From Candidatus Hydrogenedentota bacterium (lineage in GTDB: Bacteria; Hydrogenedentota; Hydrogenedentia; Hydrogenedentales; SLHB01), in NCBI GenBank assembly GCA_045863335.1, contig BTVY01000002.1, forward strand, positions 192,562 to 256,561: DNA of 64,000 nt, given 5' to 3'. The position numbers and the translations under genes were made by a program. This document shows positions 59,140 through 64,000 of the stretch, piece by piece (position 1 is the stretch's first letter; every line of letters begins with the position of its first letter). Below the pieces are notes generated by a model, which was not told the DNA's origin, did not search any database, and saw nothing but the letters and a program-made list of their open reading frames with translations.

Positions 59140-59709
59140 TCAGATCACCAGAAGTCCTTTCAAGGTCTCCCGAAGCTTCTTAATCGCCAACAACTTCCGC
59201 GAACGAACCGTATTGACCGGACACTGGAGTACTGACGCGATATCGTCCAGAGACAGTCCCTGAATGGTCCGCATCACGAAAACCATCCGCTGCTCTTCCG
59301 GCAGTTCGGCGATGGCGGCGAGGATTCGCTCCTCAAGCTCCGATCGGGACGCCGACTCGTCCGGTCTCGACAGGATGCCCGCCGCAATTTCGATATCTTC
59401 GGCCTCGATGGAACGGGCAGAGCCCAATTTCCACTGGCGGCCCAGATAACGGCACTTTTCCAGCCAGATATTGCGCGCACAGGTAAACAGGTACGCGGGG
59501 AAGGATCCGGTAGCCGCGTACTTGCGGCGCAGGTGCCAGATTCGCGCGAACGTCTCGAGACAAAGGTCCTCGGCAAGCAGGGGATCCCGGCTCATCCCGT
59601 AGAAGAAATCAAGCAGCCTGCGGCTGTAGCGGGCGTACAACTCGGCGAAGGCAGAGTCGTCCCCCCCGCGGACCTTCAGCATGAGTTCGGTGTCCCGCAT
59701 CTGTGACAA
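59140..59709 (-). CDS. ECF sigma-70 factor
   Basis: DTELM..GDDSAFAELY, AEDL..ETF, LPEEQRMVF..GLS..IA..PVNTVRSR. Confidence 0.92.
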   Translation of the reverse strand: MSQMRDTELMLKVRGGDDSAFAELYARYSRRLLDFFYGMSRDPLLAEDLCLETFARIWHLRRKYAATGSFPAYLFTCARNIWLEKCRYLGRQWKLGSARSIEAEDIEIAAGILSRPDESASRSELEERILAAIAELPEEQRMVFVMRTIQGLSLDDIASVLQCPVNTVRSRKLLAIKKLRETLKGLLVI

Positions 59710-59806
59710 CGGATTACTCCACGTGGTCGTCTATCCAGTATATGCCAGATTGGGTGGAAATCGATCACCGGCCTGCGGACTTAAGCTCCGCGGTGAGGCA
59801 GTATCC

Positions 59807-60586
59807 CTATTCGAGCCAGGCGTCTGCGCAATGCGGAGCGCCATTGGCCGCGTTCCCCGAAGCGCATACGGCGCCAAAGCGGCGTTCCCGGCCACGGTAG
59901 TCTTCGAGCGCCTGGTCCAGGTCGGCGGGACCGAACTCGGGCCAGGAAACCGGCGTGAAGTACATTTCGGCGTACGCGCATTCCCAAAGCAGGAAGTCGC
60001 TCAAGCGGCGCTCGCCCCCAGTCCGAATCAACAAATCCACGTCGGGCGCAGGTTCGGCGGCATTTGACAGGAGCACGGCGAAATCCCGCCGGCTCCTGAC
60101 CGTGGCCGCCTTGGGATGTGCGGCCGCAGCCAGAATGGCGTCCCTCGATGAGTAATTCAGCGCGATTCGCAGCCATAACCGGGTGCCCTTACTCGTGGCG
60201 CGCTCCGCATTGGCGATCCCTTCGCGCAGGGAATCGCTCAGTCCTTCCCGGCGCCCGATGGCTGAAAACCGAATGCCCCGCTGGACGCAGGTTGGCGTCT
60301 CGACGGCGAGGTACTCACCCATGAGGTCAAAGATCGCGGTCACCTCTTCGCGAGGCCTCCGCCAATTATCGACGGAGAATGCAAAGAGGGTAAGTACACC
60401 AATGGATCGCCGGAGCGCGGCGCGCACGATGGATCGTACCGACGCGACTCCGGCGCGGTGGCCGAAGGATCGGGGTTGACCTTGGTCCGCGGCCCAGCGC
60501 CCGTTCCCATCCATAATAATGGCGACGTGCAACCTATTATTACTTAACAACGCGTCTTTCCTTTCTCTATGCAAAGAACTTTTCAT
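59807..60586 (-). CDS. uppS: Undecaprenyl diphosphate synthase (cis-prenyltransferase)
   Basis: HVAIIMDGNGRWA, GHRAG, FAFSVDNWRRP, DLLIRTGGERRLSDFLLWE, RERRFG. Confidence 0.92.
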   Translation of the reverse strand: MKSSLHRERKDALLSNNRLHVAIIMDGNGRWAADQGQPRSFGHRAGVASVRSIVRAALRRSIGVLTLFAFSVDNWRRPREEVTAIFDLMGEYLAVETPTCVQRGIRFSAIGRREGLSDSLREGIANAERATSKGTRLWLRIALNYSSRDAILAAAAHPKAATVRSRRDFAVLLSNAAEPAPDVDLLIRTGGERRLSDFLLWECAYAEMYFTPVSWPEFGPADLDQALEDYRGRERRFGAVCASGNAANGAPHCADAWLE

Positions 60587-60594
60587 AACAAAGT
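60578..60594. promoter_or_regulatory. Palindromic operator overlapping the uppS start codon
   Basis: ACTTT-TCATAAC-AAAGT; second copy at 61670-61686. Confidence 0.7.
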
Positions 60595-60619
60595 TAATAA
60601 ACAAGAAAAAGAGCCCCTG

Positions 60620-61024
60620 CTAGGGACTGCTACCTGCCTCATCTTCGCGCACTTTCCGAATCAACGCTTCCATGTGGTTCAGGTATCGTTCGAGCGCATC
60701 CCGGCCTTCCTGGGTCAACCGGTACACCGTCCGCGGCGTCCGTCCCTGAAAGAACTTGTCGCAATGAATATAGCCCGCGTCCTCGAGCTTGCGCGCATGG
60801 ACGCTGAGATTGCCGTCGGTGGTCTTGAGCACCCGTTTCAATTCATTGAAGCTCAACGAAGGATTGACCGCCAACGCGCTCACGACGGCCAACCGCATGC
60901 GCTCATGAATGACGCGGTCCAGGTTCGTTGCAACGACCGGGTTGCTGACCGGGGTCTCGTCCTGATCCGCAGGCACTTCGGTGGCTTTCAAACGCCGGCT
61001 GTCTGCTGTATTCTGTTTACCCAC
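60620..61024 (-). CDS. Winged-helix transcriptional regulator (HTH_34/MarR-like)
   Basis: LDRVIHERMRLAVVSAL..SFNELK..TDGNLSVHARKLEDAGYI..LTQEGR. Confidence 0.9.
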   Translation of the reverse strand: MGKQNTADSRRLKATEVPADQDETPVSNPVVATNLDRVIHERMRLAVVSALAVNPSLSFNELKRVLKTTDGNLSVHARKLEDAGYIHCDKFFQGRTPRTVYRLTQEGRDALERYLNHMEALIRKVREDEAGSSP

Positions 61025-61631
61025 CGTAGCGCCTCGCTATAATGATTCCGAACACGATGTGGAATCCGCCAAAGCCAGCGGCCATGATAGCGTTTGCCCA
61101 GTGGGCGGGAAACGCAAATGCCGCAACGCCCAAGGTCATGAAACATAGACCCATCACCGGGACGATGCGTACGCTGTACGCGCCGCCGGTGACCACACCC
61201 GCGCCATAGAGGAGCAGCCACATGGGGGGCATTAGTTCGTACAGGCCCAGACGGAAGAACACAAATGTGAGCGCCATGCCTGCGACAACGGGCGGCAGCA
61301 TGCCTAGCGCGAAACGCCGGCCGGCGCCGTCGAAGAGGGATTCATTCACCAAGCGGGCCTTTCGCACGAGGGCGACCGTACCGACGGTTATGGCAGCAGT
61401 CGCGGCGCTCACCCAGACGGCCAGCCAGGCTACTTGCGAGGGAACAAGTGTCGCGGCCACAGCACCGGGCAGGGCGAGGAGTCCCATACAGGCGGTGCCC
61501 CATCCCGGAACCGCCGTGAAGGAGGTGGACCGCTCCATGGTTTCGCGGATAAACCGGAGATTCTCCATGGCGTGGGCATGGAGACGCACGGGCTCCTGGG
61601 CTGGAATTCGGGAATCGCGGGTGGCGTTCAT
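61017..61631 (-). CDS. Membrane protein of unknown function
   Basis: AMENLRFIRETMERS..FTAVPGWG followed by about 6 TM helices ending HIVFG..IARRYGG. Confidence 0.8.
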   Translation of the reverse strand: MNATRDSRIPAQEPVRLHAHAMENLRFIRETMERSTSFTAVPGWGTACMGLLALPGAVAATLVPSQVAWLAVWVSAATAAITVGTVALVRKARLVNESLFDGAGRRFALGMLPPVVAGMALTFVFFRLGLYELMPPMWLLLYGAGVVTGGAYSVRIVPVMGLCFMTLGVAAFAFPAHWANAIMAAGFGGFHIVFGIIIARRYGG

Positions 61632-61637
61632 AGCGTC

Positions 61638-61686
61638 AATGTACCGCAGTCCAAGTTAATTTGTCAAGTACTTTTCGCAACAAAGT
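61638..61686 (-). promoter_or_regulatory. sigma70 promoter (probably leaderless) with adjacent palindromic operator
   Basis: Minus strand TTGACA-N18-TACATT-N6-ATG; ACTTT-N7-AAAGT at 61670-61686 next to the -35 element. Confidence 0.7.
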
Positions 61687-61757
61687 TGATCGCATAAACC
61701 CTAGCCCCTGCTGGGGCGCATCGGCACATTGCACCGGAACCCCTGGAAAGGACATTC

Positions 61758-62990
61758 ATGACGCTCCTGTTTCTAAGCATTACTATCGCGTTACTCCTAT
61801 CGGCCATTTGCTCGCTGCTGGAGGCGACGCTACTGAGCATTACGCCGGTTCAAGTCGCGGAACTGGCCAAGCGGCACCCTGTAGCGGCCCGCGCTTGGCA
61901 ACGGCACAAGTCTGAGATTCAGCGACCCATTGCGGTGATCCTCATCGTCAATACCCTTGCCCATACCATCGGTGCCACGGTGGCCGGCGCCGAGTTCGAA
62001 CGGCTTTTCGGAACCCAATGGCTCGCCGCCTTTTCCATCATCCTCTCTTTTGCCATTCTCCAGTTCACGGAAATTCTGCCCAAGACGTTGGGAGTACGCT
62101 ACAACGTACGTTTGGCCCCGGTTATTGGACAACCGCTGGCGTGGACGGTGAAACTCATGACGCCGGCGATCTTCCTGGTTCGCTTGATCAACCGGCCATT
62201 TGAGGGCCGGAAGACCGGGGGCGAACGGCACGGCGGAACACTCGAGGAGATGATCGCCTTGACCGGCATGGCGCGCCTGTCCGACCTGATTGGTCCCTAT
62301 GAAGAGAACATCATCAAGCGGGCGGTGAATATGTCTGATACCCCCGTAGGCGATGTCATGATTCCGGTTGAACAGATCACGTTCATTTCGACCAAACAAA
62401 CCATGACCGATGCAATTCTGACGGCCCATTTCGACCCGCACACGCGATTCCCCATCATCGAGTCGGATAACCAGGACAACGTTCTGGGGTACGTCAACTT
62501 CAAGGAGATGATCTATCGGGCGCGAACGAATCCCGAGGACCCCAGCCTGCGCGGCATCATCCGGCCGGTTCGTTTCGTAGCGCCGGAAACCTCTTCGGTC
62601 GAGCTGCTGAAGGCCTTTGTCGAGGAGCACGTGCATATGGCCGTGGTCCGCAGTTTGGATGGCAAGACGTTGGGGCTTGTGACGATGGAGGACCTGGTCG
62701 AGGAGCTTGTGGGTGAATTAGAGGATGAGTTCGACCGCTTGCCGCGTATGTGCCACGCTCTCAGCGGAGGAACCTGGATGGTCGGTGGCGGGTATCCGGT
62801 CGGCAAGTTGCAGCAGACGATGGGATTGAAACTACCTGACGCGCACGGGAGCACTTCGTCGTGGTTGATCGAGCAGATGGGCCGGCTCCCGGCGCCAAAC
62901 GAAGTTTTCGAAACGAATGGGCTCGAGTTCGCAATCCGGCGCACACGGCGGGGGAAGATCTTCGAAGTTGCAGTCAAACGCGTCGGGTAG
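61758..62990 (+). CDS. CNNM/CBS/CorC (hemolysin family) protein
   Basis: CSLLEATLLS, EILPKTLG, HTRFP, GLVTMEDLVEELVGELEDEFD, C-terminal CorC-like domain. Confidence 0.92.
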   Translation: MTLLFLSITIALLLSAICSLLEATLLSITPVQVAELAKRHPVAARAWQRHKSEIQRPIAVILIVNTLAHTIGATVAGAEFERLFGTQWLAAFSIILSFAILQFTEILPKTLGVRYNVRLAPVIGQPLAWTVKLMTPAIFLVRLINRPFEGRKTGGERHGGTLEEMIALTGMARLSDLIGPYEENIIKRAVNMSDTPVGDVMIPVEQITFISTKQTMTDAILTAHFDPHTRFPIIESDNQDNVLGYVNFKEMIYRARTNPEDPSLRGIIRPVRFVAPETSSVELLKAFVEEHVHMAVVRSLDGKTLGLVTMEDLVEELVGELEDEFDRLPRMCHALSGGTWMVGGGYPVGKLQQTMGLKLPDAHGSTSSWLIEQMGRLPAPNEVFETNGLEFAIRRTRRGKIFEVAVKRVG

Positions 62991-63004
62991 AGACGGCAAG
63001 TCCG

Positions 63005-64000
63005 TCAGCGAATTCGGGTTCTCGTTCTACCGCCCGGTATGCGTGTGCGCGTGCGATCCGGATCGCCGCTCCCTCCCTGCCGCCGGCTGAACGTCAACAG
63101 GTTTTCCGTCACGGCCCCCTGCCCTGCCAACCCTCCTGCGATGAGAACGTAGATGGGATTGAACATATTGTTTACGGCATTGTCGATCATCCAAAGCGCG
63201 AGAACCAATGCAAGCGTCGGCACCGCCACTACCATCGGGTGAAACCACAGGCGGGGGGGTATGCGCCAGGGCACTAGGAATATTGGGATGATCACCGTTG
63301 CCGCGGCAGCGGCGAGTCCAAGCAGCCCGTTCACACCATATCGAATCACCCATTGGCTGTCCGTGATGCTGATATCGTTCCCCATGGCGTCGGTGATTCG
63401 GGAGCGGCCCCATCCGCCCCAACCGAAGAGAGCCCGCTGCGACGCCCGGCCCACGAGCGCGTTTTCATTGGTAACCCGCACTTCGATTGATGCGCCGCGG
63501 TCTGGCCCAAAGACGTTCGTGGTCGCGTCCACCAGTTCCCACCCCGACCATGCGCCGCTGACCCGTAATGCGACATAAACGACGTAAACCGAGGTGAGGG
63601 CGATAAGCGGGAGCGCGTTGCGCAAGTAGCGGGTCGCCGCCATGACGCCGAGCCCTATCACCAGAAGCAAGGCGGCGGCGGTCGATTTACAAAGGACCGC
63701 CGTGATGACAACGAGACCGACCAAAACACTGACGGGCACGCCTCGAAACGACCGCAGGCTGCCCGTCGCCCACAACGCGACCCCCGCAAGCGACGCGGTC
63801 GTCATCCACATGCCGACCATGAGCCCGTGCTCAAGAAAAACCATGGGCCGGTAGCCACCGTATCGAATCGTTTGTACAAAGCCATGCTGATGGTAGCCGT
63901 ACACAATTCGGTGCAATTGGGGGCTGAACCGAAGTTCAATCCAGCATAAGGGGACATAGATGATTCCGCCGATGAACACGCCGATGGCGAGTTCGCGCAT
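63005..64000 (-). CDS. O-antigen ligase/Wzy-like membrane protein (5' end beyond window)
   Basis: RYGGYRPMVFLEHGL, LCKST, FGWGGWGR, TDSQW; multiple TM helices. Confidence 0.75.
   Translation of the reverse strand: MRELAIGVFIGGIIYVPLCWIELRFSPQLHRIVYGYHQHGFVQTIRYGGYRPMVFLEHGLMVGMWMTTASLAGVALWATGSLRSFRGVPVSVLVGLVVITAVLCKSTAAALLLVIGLGVMAATRYLRNALPLIALTSVYVVYVALRVSGAWSGWELVDATTNVFGPDRGASIEVRVTNENALVGRASQRALFGWGGWGRSRITDAMGNDISITDSQWVIRYGVNGLLGLAAAAATVIIPIFLVPWRIPPRLWFHPMVVAVPTLALVLALWMIDNAVNNMFNPIYVLIAGGLAGQGAVTENLLTFSRRQGGSGDPDRTRTRIPGGRTRTRIR

Overview
64 kb of GC-rich (~60% by eye) bacterial chromosome. The gene content (DUF1559/H-X9-DG-type prepilin, Tat Gfo/Idh/MocA plus HEAT protein, giant secreted glycan-active fusions, kinase-WD40) suggests a PVC-like or Ca. 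Hydrogenedentota organism (inference). About 49 CDS were called; no rRNA, tRNA, CRISPR array or transposase was seen. In order: secreted carbohydrate-type proteins, a Ser/Thr kinase-WD40, a GT5 glycogen-synthase-like gene, NagD-type HAD, fabI, GH29 fucosidase, glnK-amt with a sigma54 promoter, argDFGH, two REC-HD-GYP regulators flanking a small PD-(D/E)XK nuclease + Dam-type methylase, a hybrid kinase, an ECF sigma/anti-sigma-headed minimal type IV filament operon, and a membrane protein-wHTH-uppS module with a repeated palindromic operator. The best novel-system candidate is the two-gene operon at 34107-36144. It lies behind a near-consensus sigma70 promoter and appears to encode two catalytically degenerate descendants of defence enzymes: a wHTH-minimal nucleotidyltransferase and an Eco57I/type IIG-like restriction-modification scaffold. 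All family calls come from motif recognition by eye, not database searches.
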